Source: Octopus vulgaris
Taxonomy: Eukaryota
Reading direction: 5' to 3'
DNA: 64,000 nt
NCBI GenBank assembly: GCA_951406725.2
Contig: OX597814.1
Location: forward strand, 199,826,001-199,890,000
Shown: positions 40,498 to 52,465 of the stretch, piece after piece
Layout of the letters: the number at the start of each line of letters is the position of its first letter
Position numbering within the stretch: the stretch's first letter is position 1
The notes under the pieces: model-generated
What the model was told of the DNA's origin: nothing
The model's database searches: none
What the model saw: the letters and a program-made list of their open reading frames with translations, nothing else
Program-made: the position numbers and the translations under genes

Positions 40498-42060
40498 ATA
40501 TATATATAGAAACATAGTTTATTGTATAATTTCAAATAACAGTATTTTTAAGGTTTATAGAAATTCAACCTTAATAAAAAAATGTGTTTCCATTTACTTC
40601 ATTAGATTATGGGAAAATCTGACCCCCTAATCCCAGAAACACTAAGTACTAAACTAGATACTGTAAACTATCCTGTGCTTTACACCTTTTCAAAATGTAA
40701 TGCTACAATAAGATAGAATAAGTACTAGGATTACAAAGAATAAGTCCTGGGGTCAATTTGATCGACTAAAGGTGGTGCTCCAGCATGGCCACAGTCAAAT
40801 GACTGAAACAAGTAAAAGAGTAAAAAAGTAAACAGAAAAAGAAAACCTATGTAAATATTTTAATTTTATAAATTTTATAAATTGAAGAAAACTGTAAAAA
40901 GTTAACCTATTTCAGTGACGTGATCAATGTTATTTTATTCATTCTGATCTCTTAATGAGATTAAGTATTTCAAGAATTAATTAAGAAAAAAAGAAGAAAC
41001 CTTTCAAGAAGAATAATAATTGTTTTATGTAACGTTTCTGGTACTTTGAAATCATTATGTTTACTATTTGTGAATTTTACTTTAAGCAAAACAGACTTTC
41101 TATTGTTCTATTCTTCTGTAGAAAGCATTTTGATGATTATAAACAAGCTGAAATTGCTGCATATATAAAATATGCAAGGTGGTTTAAAAAAACGAAAAAG
41201 TAAAAAGATTTATTAACTATAAAACGAAAATATTCCTTCCGAGCTATCTAAATTATCAAAGAATTAAGTATTCTACTATTGGGAATTTTTGTTAGTTAAT
41301 AATTCTAAAATAAACATATAAAAGTCATTGCAATTACTGAAAGCAGTAAAATATAACGAATGTTCTTCTTTCAAATCAGATCCTTTTGAAATAACCCATG
41401 TATTTGCAAGTCGATATTTAGTGGAATATGTGCTGTCATCCTCGAACCAATCAAAATATGAATTGGTATGACAATTCAATCTGATAAAAAGAAATGAGTT
41501 ACTTGGACTGCATATTTAATCAAGTAATAGTGTATCAATGTAAGAGTGTATATATTTACATATATATATGTGTGTGTGTATGATGTACATTCGCAGAGTT
41601 ATTTTAAGCATTTATATTCACTTTGTAGCTCTGACATTAATTAGCCAACTAATTATTTTTGTAATACATTTGTATTCACAATTTCTACCAACATGGGTTA
41701 GATGAGTGTGCAAATTTTGTAGTTTGCATAAGAATTGTAGAAGCAAATGTTTTTACAGTTTAATGCACTTGTAAGCACTAATTACTCAGCTATGTAATGA
41801 ACATATTGATATCAAAGTATTGGTGTATACTCATCTAGATGGTCTATGCTGAATGATGTGCCTTTCATAACTGCTGAGCATAGATGTTGAGCAATTTGGA
41901 ATTGTGTTCTTACAAACTGTAGTCCAAGAATTTATCTTCACAGTTAAATATTCACTTTGGTATTCTAAATCATATCATAACAAATGTATTATTGTGGTGA
42001 TATCATTATGGTTCTTTACACTAATATAGAGCCAGTGATTTTATAGGAACATGTTGGGAT

Positions 42061-42460
42061 ACTCTCTCTTTACTCTTTTACTTGTTTCAGTCATTTGACT
42101 GTGGCCATGCAGGAGCACCGCCTATAGTCGAGCAAATCGACCCCAGGACTTATTCCTTGTAAGCCTAGTACTTATTTTATCGGTCTCTTTTGCCGGACCA
42201 CTAAGCTACGGGGACGTAAACACACCAGCATCGTTTGTTAAGCAATGTTGGGGGGACAAACACACAAACATATACACACACATACATATATATACATATA
42301 TATGATGGGCTTCTTTCAGTTTCCGTCTACTAAATCCACTCATAAGGCTTTGGTTGGCCCGAGTCTATAGTAGAAGACATATGCCCAAGGTGCCACGCAG
42401 TGGGACTGAATTCGGAACCATGTGGTTTGTAAGCAAGCTACTTACCACACAGTCACTCCT
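42061..42460 (-). mobile_element. Family B SINE
   Basis: Reverse complement of family B. Confidence 0.87.
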
Positions 42461-43038
42461 AGGCATTTTCTCTAGATCAGTGGTGATACAGGTGACATAT
42501 AATGGTTTCCTGCAGAATATTGAAATCAGGCTATGAACTTGGTTTACTCAGAAGACAGCTTTGCACTAAGCCTCTCACAATACTATGATAACAAGATTAA
42601 CAACAATTCATGATAAAATTAACTTCTTGTACTGTTGTGTAATGTTCTGATGATACAATGAGTCTGAAGATATAACAGATAAGTTACTGTTAACATATTC
42701 TGTGTAGGGAGGATTAAAAAGCTAACTGAAAACAATTGTGGTTTGAAAAAAAATACAAGAACAATATTAGTTAATCATTAATATCATTTTCATTTTACAC
42801 CAATTACAGGAGATAATTTTTCACTATGTTTGGGTTTTAGAATAGCATTTTTGATTGAATTATTTATTATGTAATGAAATAAAGCTTTAAATGATTTTTT
42901 TATGAGTTTGGCAACAAAGAAGAGGCACATCCATATTGTTTGCAGATTTTACCTGAATTAGTAAATGGATACAGGTGATGTTCAATTTAAACGTCTGTAA
43001 ATCAACATCTATAGAAAAAAATGAGGAGAGGATAGATA

Positions 43039-43287
43039 AAATAATAATAATAATGAAATTATTGTATACAGTGCTCAGGTGCACCACAACTTGTCAGAGT
43101 ATATGCAGTAATGTACAAATGTCTGGAAAGTAAACTGTGTATGAGTCAGATACATGCTCATGTGTGTATGGAGGGGAGAAAATCAGGCGTAGTGTTGGCG
43201 GATCTCAGGAAGCATGGAAATTTTGAAGGATGCAGTGCTCCGACAACTAACAACTGATGCCGGCAGTTTGTTCCATGCTTCAGCAAT
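43039..43287 (-). mobile_element. CR1 3' end fragment
   Basis: Matches 13115-13375. Confidence 0.82.
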
Positions 43288-43856
43288 TGGTGAGAAATAT
43301 TGTGCAAAAGTGTAGTAGATTTAGAGTAAGTTTACTGCAGGAATAATGATAAGGTAGATCGGAGTTTGAGATGAAAGGAGTATGAAACTTGTTAGTTTAG
43401 AGGAAGAGAGACAGTTAGAGAGGAAATAGAAGAGACAGAGAGGAAACAACAAATCAGCAAGTGATTGATGGGTGAGTCTTTGCAAATCAGCCAGATGGCT
43501 TTCTTTTGGATACAGTTCAAGTTGTTTGCATGTCTGTAAAAGTACTGTCCTATATCTGGGACCGTATTCCTGCAGACATGCAAGCAACCTGGTCAGTGAG
43601 GGTCAATTAATGCAGCTGGGTGCACCAAATTTACATAAAATACTTTGCAGTTGAAAGAAAGTTATTTATGTGAGTCCAGTTGTGTATAAACTAAAAGAGT
43701 TTTAGTTTAGACACAACTAGACACACATTCTTTATTATGATGTTTGTAATTTTCAAAAGGATAAATATGCATATCCGTATTTGTTCTCTGCTACTTCCTT
43801 CATCAAGTCCTCTGTAATATTAATTTTTTGTTTATACTTCTTGCACTGAGGAGAAC

Positions 43857-44184
43857 ATCATCATCATCATCGTTTAACGTCCGCTTTCCATGCTAGCATG
43901 GGTTGGACGAATGACTGAGCGCTGGCGAACCAGATAGCTGCACCAGGCTCCAATCTTGATTTGATGGAGTTTCTACAGCTGGATGCCCTTCCTAACACCA
44001 ACCACTCTGAGAGTGTAGTGGGTGCTTTTACATGCCACCCACACGGGGGCCAGTCACACGGTACTGGCAATGACCTCGCTCGAATCTTTTTACACATGCC
44101 ACCAGCACAGGTGCCAGTAAGGCGATGTTGGTAACGATCACGCTCGAATGGTGCCCTTTTACGTGCCACTGGCATGGAAGCCAG
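43857..44184 (-). mobile_element. Family C element (subfamily with AACGATCACGCTCGAATGG repeats)
   Basis: (CAT)n-CGTTTAACGTCCGCTTTCCATGCTAGCATGG terminus. Confidence 0.82.
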
Positions 44185-44590
44185 GGATATGTAATTAATT
44201 TAATTTAATCAAATTAATTTAATCGTTCTGCCATGAATTTACATGTTGATATTGCTGTTTGAAATGCATGTAATTAAAATTCTTTCAAATTTTAACATCT
44301 TCTCTTCTCCATTTTTAACAAATTTGTTGAGTTCTATGGGATACCTTTCCATAAATTCACATAACACACCATACACAAGTATTATTTTCATATTTGCAAA
44401 CTTACGCCAGTAAGCTACCAGCAAAATATGAAGAATCTTTCTTAGAAATCGCTTTTTTGGAACCCTTCAAAGTAAAGGATGAAATATAATTCAACCTTTT
44501 CACATATATGTGTGTGTGTGTGCAGATTTGTATGTTTTATGTATGTATTCTCATACATATAGGTGTATATCTAGACATGTTCATATATAT

Positions 44591-45032
44591 TTAAATAATA
44601 AACTTCAGGAAATTTTTACAGATTTGTACAGTTCCAGTGATGGATTGGATCTGCAGTCTTCGAAATAGCTTTCACATTTCTGGTTTTGAGAATCCTAATT
44701 TCTCAAGATTGGTATTTAAGCGGTGTGTTTCATATCCCAGTGCCCCGATAATTACAAGTATAAACCTGAACTTGTAATTTGGGTACAGTAACTGCGAACT
44801 TCAGCTTTATGTTAACATTCGCTGTGCAGCTAATTTCCACAACTGTACACAGTTTCTCTTCTCTATCCCAAATCATTATATCAGGTCCGTTGTGCTTACA
44901 TTTTATTGAGGTCTTCACTGGTGCATTCCACCAGTATTCCTTTTTATTATGAGTGGCTATGGCTTCTGCCATATTGTGGGTTCTTATTTCTTTGTTCTTG
45001 GGATTATCCTTCTGACAGATTTCATTATAGAG
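44591..45032 (-). mobile_element. R4/Dong-like non-LTR retrotransposon 3' fragment (restriction-like endonuclease domain)
   Basis: EYWWNAPVKTSIKCKHNGPDIMIWDREEKLCTVVEISC (cf. HNRPD...EIS.P) then, after a deletion, YKFRFILVIIGALG...LQIQSITGTVQICKNFLKF; flanked by TA/TG microsatellite. Confidence 0.8.
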
Positions 45033-45749
45033 TATATAGATGTATGTATGTATGCATTTGTGTGTCTGTGTGTGTTTGTTTTGTATGTTTGTTTGTTTGT
45101 TTGTCTTTATGTCTGTGTTTCTACCCCATCATGACTGGATAACCTGTGTTGGTGTGATAACATCCTTGTAACTTAGCACTTCAGTAAAAGAGATTGATAG
45201 AATAAGTAAAGGGCTTAAAAAAAAAATAAGCACTAGGTTCAATTCATTCAATTAAAATTCTTCGGAGTGGTGCCCCAGCCTGGCCACAGTCTAATAACTG
45301 AAACAAGTAAAAGATAAAAGCTGTGGTGAACAAATTACAATTGTTGACAAAGTAGTTTCCATGGAAACAAATGCCAAATAAAACTTAGTTGGTAAAGAAA
45401 GGAAAATTGATTAGAGCTTGGATCTAAAGTGGTTTCAATAATGCTCGACCGGAATTATATGGATCTCAATGATGAACATATTTAAAGTAGCAATATGCAT
45501 TTGGTAAGGATCGTGACAAGAATGGAAGAGACGAAGCAAAGAATTATCACACAATCAAAAGAATTATCAATTAAACAACTCAATTAAGAATTTCATAGAA
45601 CTGGATTGAAAGCAGACGATAATGGATGTAAAGTACTGCCATGTCAGAAAATGATTTGAAAATGCATTTAACTTCAGTGTCATGCACCAAGAGAAGAAGA
45701 AGAAAAAAATGCAATGAACGGACATGTTACTAGATTTTAAAATACTAAG

Positions 45750-45792
45750 ATATATATGTGTGTGTGTGTGTGTGTGTATATATGTGCTTGTA

Positions 45793-45842
<50 letters not shown>

Positions 45843-45846
45843 CATG

Positions 45847-45883
<37 letters not shown>

Positions 45884-46020
45884 GTGTATGTATGTGTGTA
45901 TATGTGTATGTATGTGTGTATGTATATATATATAGATATGTATATATGTGTATGTATGTGTGTATGTATATATATATAGATATGTATGCGTGTGTGTGTA
46001 TGTATATATGTGCTTGTATA

Positions 46021-46051
<31 letters not shown>

Positions 46052-46065
46052 GTATATATGTGCAT

Positions 46066-46128
<63 letters not shown>

Positions 46129-46195
46129 CATGTATGTGTGTGTATATATATATGTATATATATGCATGTATACATATATATATATATATATATAA
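45750..46195. repeat. Compound (TA)n/(TG)n microsatellite
   Basis: Directly visible. Confidence 0.96.
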
Positions 46196-47359
46196 ATTAA
46201 TAAATAAAACATATGCATATATACATACATATGTGTACGTACCTACCTCTACAAGTATATATACACGCATATATGGGTACAGGACACCAAAAAAACGTTG
46301 AACACAATGAGAAACGAAAACATAACAACAAAACCAAGGAACTGGACATTTTTCTTAAACAACGAAAAAAATAGAGTACAGGACAAATAACACAAGGAAA
46401 ATTTCCCTTCTTCAGTCGCCATGGTTTCATGTGCATGTATATATATATATATATATATGCCAATATAAAAGTACTAATAAAAACAGTTAAGGTAGAGTTT
46501 TCGGATTTTGGTTTTTGCATATGCTAATGCAAGTTAATAAATTTGATTGGTCTGCAGACATCAAGATACTAAACTGAAGAAAATGAACAAAAAACAGAAA
46601 CGGTGCGGCTTGTATTTTTTTTGGAAGGGCACAGCAATGTTAAGAGGTTAATAATAGACATTTAGAGCCGTGGAGATTAAGTGCAATCAGCAAATCAATG
46701 CAAACACCGAATCCTTGTAATCAGTGCAATCAATAAAGCAGTGAACCATGAAGCCGATGCACTCGCTGCAGTCGGTAAAATCATTTCAATCGCTGCAACC
46801 AATGCAATCACTGAAGAATGTCAATCAAATGGAGGATTTTTATATTGGATGGAATTAAGATTTCTGCAGATTATTGGAACAGCTCTGTTCTAGACATGAG
46901 CAGCATCATATAGGAGATGTATTGGTTGTATATAGGGAGCTGTTCCCTTTCATTAAAGAAGCCTGTTGAACTCAGAATCAAAACGTTTTGGGAGCTTGAA
47001 TGGAGATCTTTCAATGTTGGTGTGGTAACTTTGGTCTCCTTAATTCTTCGGTAAGAATCACTCATCTGAAGATAGAATTCGTGAGGTAATGTAGCAAAAG
47101 GATTAGTTTGGCATCAGTTTGTAAAATTAGAAGAGCAGTGATTCATCTTCTAGTCTCTTCTAGCAGTCTTGATATTAAGATAATCATGTGCTAGTACACC
47201 AGACAAAATTTTAACCCATGCCAGCATGGACAACGGACGTTAATTGATAATGATGATGATGGTGGTGGTGATGAATTCATCCAGTTCTATATGTAAGAGA
47301 TGAGGAATTATGTACATTATTTACATTTGATGGATATTTGTCCTCTTTTGTTTGTTGTT

Positions 47360-47405
47360 AACACAACGTTTCGGCTGATAAAGCCTCCAGCCTTTATCAG
47401 GTGTC
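47360..47405 (-). ncRNA. Type I minimal hammerhead ribozyme motif (G8 to A variant, probably inactive)
   Basis: GACAC-CTGATAA-A-GGCTGG-loop-TCAGCC-GAAA-CGTT-GTGTT; stems I and II pair; palindromic ACGT stem III. Confidence 0.65.
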
Positions 47406-47664
47406 TTGGGGAAATTTTGAACTTGGGTTCTCATTCCTAAGGTATTTTTCGATGTTGTTGTTGTTATTATTATTATTGTTATTATTATTATTATTATTAT
47501 TCAGGTAACAGCCTGGAATCGAACTCGGAATCTTGGAGTTAGTAACCCACGCTCTTAATCCCAATATTCTGAGTTCAATTCCAGGCAGCGTCCTAAATAA
47601 TAATGATAATAATAATATCAAAAAATACCTTAGGAATGAGAACTCAGGTTCGAAATTTCCCCAA

Positions 47665-47710
47665 GACACCTGCTGAAGGCTGGAAGGTATACCATCCAAA
47701 ACGTTGTGTT
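47665..47710 (+). ncRNA. Type I minimal hammerhead ribozyme motif (decayed)
   Basis: GACAC-CTGCTGA-A-GGCTGG-loop-CCATCC-AAAA-CGTT-GTGTT; core mutations differ from those in the left arm. Confidence 0.55.
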
Positions 47711-47975
47711 AACAACAAACAAGATGAGGACAAATAATGATTTCATCCATCTTTACATTCTGAGTTCAAATTATACTGAGGTCAACTTTGACTTTCATCC
47801 TTTCAGGGTCAATGAAATATGTACCAACTAACATCACTTCCCCCAAAACTTCAGACCTTGTGCCTATAGAAGAAAAGATATGAAGACAATCATGCAAATG
47901 AGTTTCATCTTTCTAAAGACATGTCTTATGAAATTATTTTTTTTCCTTTCATGACACTGTTTATAAAAATTTGAC

Positions 47976-48084
47976 CTTTTCAAATTTCTTTCATGGTACT
48001 TGTCACCTATCAGACTCATCCCAGTATTTAGCCCTGGATGGAGCTTCCCACCTGCTTTGGGCTGTGTTCCCATATAACTTGCTC
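47976..48084 (-). pseudogene. Decayed 28S rRNA fragment (conserved core between D1 and D2)
   Basis: GGGAACACAGCCCAAAGCAGGTGGGAAGCTCCATCCAGGGCTAAATACTGG...GACAAGTACCATGAAAGAAATTTGAAAAG aligns with the eukaryotic LSU GGGAATGCAGCCCAAAGCGGGTGGTAAACTCCATCTAAGGCTAAATAC...ACAAGTACCGTGAGGGAAAGTTGAAAAG. Confidence 0.85.
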
Positions 48085-48259
48085 TAAATAACTTTCTCAG
48101 TCAGATCCTTGTGTTAGAAAAGTAAATGTAAAACATTAGCAAGAAACTGTAATCTCTAAATTTTACTCATCAAGAATGACTTCTGGACTCAGCAGTGTTA
48201 CCATTTTATGAATTAGGATGATATTTTATGAGTAAGGAAATGTTTTCTTTTCCAATTAA

Positions 48260-48586
48260 CCCCTTACCCAGCAAAGGCGAGTTAACTTGTCTTCACCCAA
48301 TTTGTATTTTTCAGAGTGCGACGATCAAACTCGTCTAAAACATATTTCAAAAACAACCACAGACAAGCTTATACGTCAATTCTCGGCATTTCTCAGTTTT
48401 TATCTGTGTTTTTTTTTTCTTTCTTTTTTACAAATTACGCTCAGATGTGGAGCTCAGAAGATGACAATGAGTGTGAACTTTCTATTAGATGCTTGGATAC
48501 ATCAGATGAAAGTGCAAGCTCGTCTGATAAAAAAATTTGTCTGAAAATGAAGTGTTTTCTCCAAAAAAAAGTTGCCAGGGAAGGGG
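48260..48586 (+). mobile_element. piggyBac deletion derivative with both TIRs
   Basis: TTAA at 48256-48259 and 48587-48590; TIRs CCCCTTACCCAGCAA / TTGCCAGGGAAGGGG; retains acidic MWSSEDDNECELS...DTSDES transposase-like N-terminus. Confidence 0.85.
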
Positions 48587-49972
48587 TTAAAATATTAAAT
48601 TACTGCATTCTGTTTTCCTGTCATATTACAGAATTTCCTCTGGATTTCTTAATTTTCATTTATGAAGGATGCGGGTGATGTTGCAGGTATTTTGTGATCA
48701 AATGATAAGCATATTGGAGATGATATGCAGGTAACGTAAGATAATTAATGAGTTCTACTTGGATGTGTGAGTTCAGAGGACCGAGAAGTGGAAAAACCAT
48801 AATTCATCTCTTCATTTTTATGTTTGTTACTTAAAAATTATGTGAATAGCTTTTGCACATAGAAGGTGATATTTATGAAGATAATAAGTACTTTGTAAAA
48901 AAAGAGAGAGAGAAAGGTTTTGCTGTGAAATGTTTGTAATGTAATCCCTGAAAAGGAAAAAAATAGGATTTGTAGTAGTTCAGATTTCTTTATTAAAAAT
49001 TATTTCCAAAAATATTTGAACAGTTAATTTCATTTAATGAGCTTTACAAATCTGAAGTGATATTTGCCATTAAAACTATTTTAAGACATTTATGTCATTC
49101 AAATCAAACAGCATAGATGACTGAAGCAGAGAAAATTTGAATAATTTTCTTAAAAGCTACTAAAAATTCGAAAAAGGAAACAATTTATTCAGAATTTAAC
49201 ATGTCAATCGACATAGTATAGATTTTCATACCAGTTTGAAATACTTCTGCTGAAAAAGAGAAAAATTAATAGAAAGGCAAATAATCTTCATTAACTATTA
49301 AGAAAATTTAATTATGTAAATAGAAATATTTAAAATATTAAAAATAAATAAATAAGATATTTAAATTATGGAGATAACAACCTGAAATAATATATCAATG
49401 AGAAAAATTTATATGCTTTTATTTTGTTTGCAGTGAACCAAGATGATAAGATATAATATATTGAGTCATACATTTCTCAAGGTAAATTAGTTAGCTACTC
49501 CTTTAATAATGCCTAAAAATTCTTCCCCAAAGTATTTAGTATTAAGCTTTTCTTCTTCCTCTGAAAGTATGCCATCCATATTTCCCCTGCTTTAGTAGAA
49601 CGTACCTACCAAATTAGTATCATTCTAGTTTTCTATAGATATATTTTAAAAGAACACTAAAACGAATTATTTTATCTTAATGCTATTTCTTTTTATTTGA
49701 TCGGATTATTTGATAATATTTTAATACAATTTTGCTACAATATAGAATTACAAATTTCACTTTCAGAGGTAAATGTTCTTAAACAGAAATTTATTGAGAA
49801 TCATTGGAGTCAGCAGGTTTAAGAAAATTCATTTTATTTTTTATCTCGCAACAAATATGGTAACTTAAATGTTCTTTATCCATTTCATGTTTAGATTTCA
49901 AATGAGCTTATATTTATAACAGCTTGATGTTTATAATCATAAATTTTAGAATATTAGTCTACTGATATATTT

Positions 49973-50345
49973 CATCATCATCATCATCATCATCGTTTAA
50001 CGTCTGTTCTCCATGCTAGCATGGGTTGGACGGTTTGACCGGGGATCTGGGAAGCCAGAAGGCTGCACCAGGCTCCGGTCTTATCTGGCAATGTTTCTAC
50101 AGCTGGATGCCCTTCCTAACGCCAATCACTCCGTGAGTGTAGTGGGTGCTTTTTACGTGCCACCTGCACTGGTGCCAGGCGAGGCTGGCATCAGCCACGG
50201 TCGGATTGGTGCATTTTACGTGCCACCGGCACGGAAGCCAGTCGAGGCGGCACTGGCTTTGGCCACGATTCGGATGGTGCTTTTTACGTGCCACCGACAC
50301 GGAAGCCAGTCGAGGTGGCACTGGCATCAGCCACTATTCGGATAG
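49973..50345 (-). mobile_element. Family C element
   Basis: (CAT)n terminus and three ~62-bp internal repeats. Confidence 0.85.
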
Positions 50346-51208
50346 TGCTTTAATATAAGAATAATTTATTACAGTTTATTGCTGCCAGGATTTTAAAAAA
50401 TATTTTAGACTTTAAAAGCTATTGGAATATCAAACACATTTTATGTTCATCTGTACCTTACATTTTAATCTATCAATTATCCCATCATTTTCAGGTGTTT
50501 TCTTTTTCATGTACATTTTACACAAAAAGCCTAGTCTTCTATAAAAAGCAACAACAAAAAAAACAGTTTTTGAAAATTCCCTAACTTTACACAGTGTGCA
50601 ATATATCACGCTTATTAAAGAACAATAATTTATTTGACTGGTTGATTGGTTGGTTGGCCATAGTTCTGAGTGATTAGTTTTATCACTATTATTATCATTG
50701 TATGTCTTCACAGCTAATTTATATTTGACTGGTAAAGATTATTCTAAATTAGAAAAATGACAAATGATAATATTGAGTGTGAACTCATATAGATTGCTCA
50801 TACGCATTCTGTTATTACTAAAATATCTTTTAAAATATTGTTAAATTTGATACCAGTTCAAATATGCTTGAGATGTATTCAAACTCATAAGAAAGCAATT
50901 TACTGTATTTTGTCATGGAGAAAAGATTCTTGCTGCAGACAAATAGATGTCAGATTGTAGCACCCCTCCATTCCAAAGGTTAATGCTGAAGAGGCGATGA
51001 CTACTCTGTAATGCATGCATCTATTAATCTTGGTAGGAGGTTCTTTGAACTGACTTGCTGTGTTAACACCTATTTGTCTACATCAAGAATTTTTCTCCAT
51101 AACAAAACACAGTGGATGACTTTCTTAGAGGTTTGCACTTGTAATCTATATTTTATTATGGCCAGGCTGCTGATTAGTTCAACCAGTTACAGTATATTGA
51201 CTGGAAAA

Positions 51209-51952
51209 ATGATAATGAAATTATTGTGTATAGTGCTCAGGTGCACTACAACTCATCAAAGGTGCAATGTACAGTACATAGAATTATGTACAAAAGTCAA
51301 GAAAGTGAACAGTGTATGAGTCATGATATACATGTGTGCATAATGAGAGAGACTTGGTCTCTCATCGGTTTGTAGTCCCACATTTCCCACTGTTTGATAA
51401 CCGAAGGGGAGATAACTACTCTGAAATACATGCAGCCTTCAGTCCGGGTAGGCAGTGCTTTGAACTGTGTTTACTCCTATTTTTCTACAGTGGGACAAAA
51501 TACAGTGAATGGCTAACATACAGGTTTGAATATGGTTTCAAGTATATTTGAACTCTTAAGTTTATATTTGTAATCAGCACAACTTAACACTTCTAATCCA
51601 TACAATATTTAGATATATATATATTTGTTAAAAGAAGGGCCACAAAGCAACCACAAACCAGACAGACAACAACGAAAACTAGAAGTATGTATATGCACAG
51701 CACAAAGAACAGGCAAAAAAAAACAAAAAAAACAGAACAATAAGAGGAAAGGGTGCATTGGCATGTCAAGGGTAGTAGTGGTGAATTTTATGAAGATTAG
51801 ATCTCGTGGAAGATGCAGCATTCTGTCAGCTAACAACTGACTCAGGTAGTTTATTCCTTGTCTTCACAAATCAGAGTGTATTAAAATGTTTCTAAGAGTC
51901 ATGGATGCTGTGCTGGTCTTTTGACTTTATAAGCTTGTCCATGAGTGTTAGA
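51209..51952 (-). mobile_element. CR1 3' remnants (51209-51340 and ~51755-51952)
   Basis: Match to 7420-7560 and diverged match to 13270-13455. Confidence 0.65.
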
Positions 51953-51955
51953 GGT

Positions 51956-52465
51956 CATCATCATCATTGTTTAATATCTGCTTTCCATGCTAGCATGGGT
52001 TGGACGATTTGACTGAGGGCTGGCGAACCAGATGGCTGCACCAGGCTTCAATCTTGAGCTGGCAGAGTTTCTACAGCTGGATGCCCTTCCTAACGCCAAC
52101 AACTCCAAGAGTGTAGTGGGTGCTTTTACGTGCCACTGGCACAGGGTCAGTCAGCTGGTACTGGCTTGAATCTTTTACACATGCTACTGGCACAGGTGCC
52201 AGTAAGGTGATGCTGGTAACGATCACGCTCGAATGGTGTCTTTTACGTGCCACCAGTATGGAGGCCATATAGTCGCTCTGGCAACGATCACGCTCGGATG
52301 GCACTCTTAATACCCTACTTGCACGGGGCTTGAGTGCCAGGAAGGTGATGCTGGTAATGATCACACTCGAATGGTGCCTTTTAAGTGCCACTGGCATGGA
52401 AGTTGCTTAGCCGCTCTGTCAACGATCACACTCGTATGGTGCTCTGTGCATCCTGCTAGCACAGA
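51956..52465 (-). mobile_element. Family C element with about six internal repeats
   Basis: (CAT)n terminus; repeated GATCAC.CTCG..TGG. Confidence 0.82.

Larger units (their letters stand above)
47282..47736. mobile_element. Palindromic non-autonomous element: tRNA-like centre, (AAT)n linker and a minimal hammerhead motif in each arm
   Basis: Arms ~47335-47536 and ~47561-47736 are reverse complements; B-boxes at 47515-47526 (-) and 47571-47582 (+). Confidence 0.78.

Noticed and set aside
46380-46430. CTGAAGA followed by a hairpin on the - strand in a TA-embedded insert
   Set aside because: No GAAA follows the putative stem II, so the hammerhead core cannot be completed.
48632-48730. 99-nt segment with good acceptor and CAG|GTAACG donor
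   Set aside because: Stops in all three frames; shorter open versions need weak acceptors.
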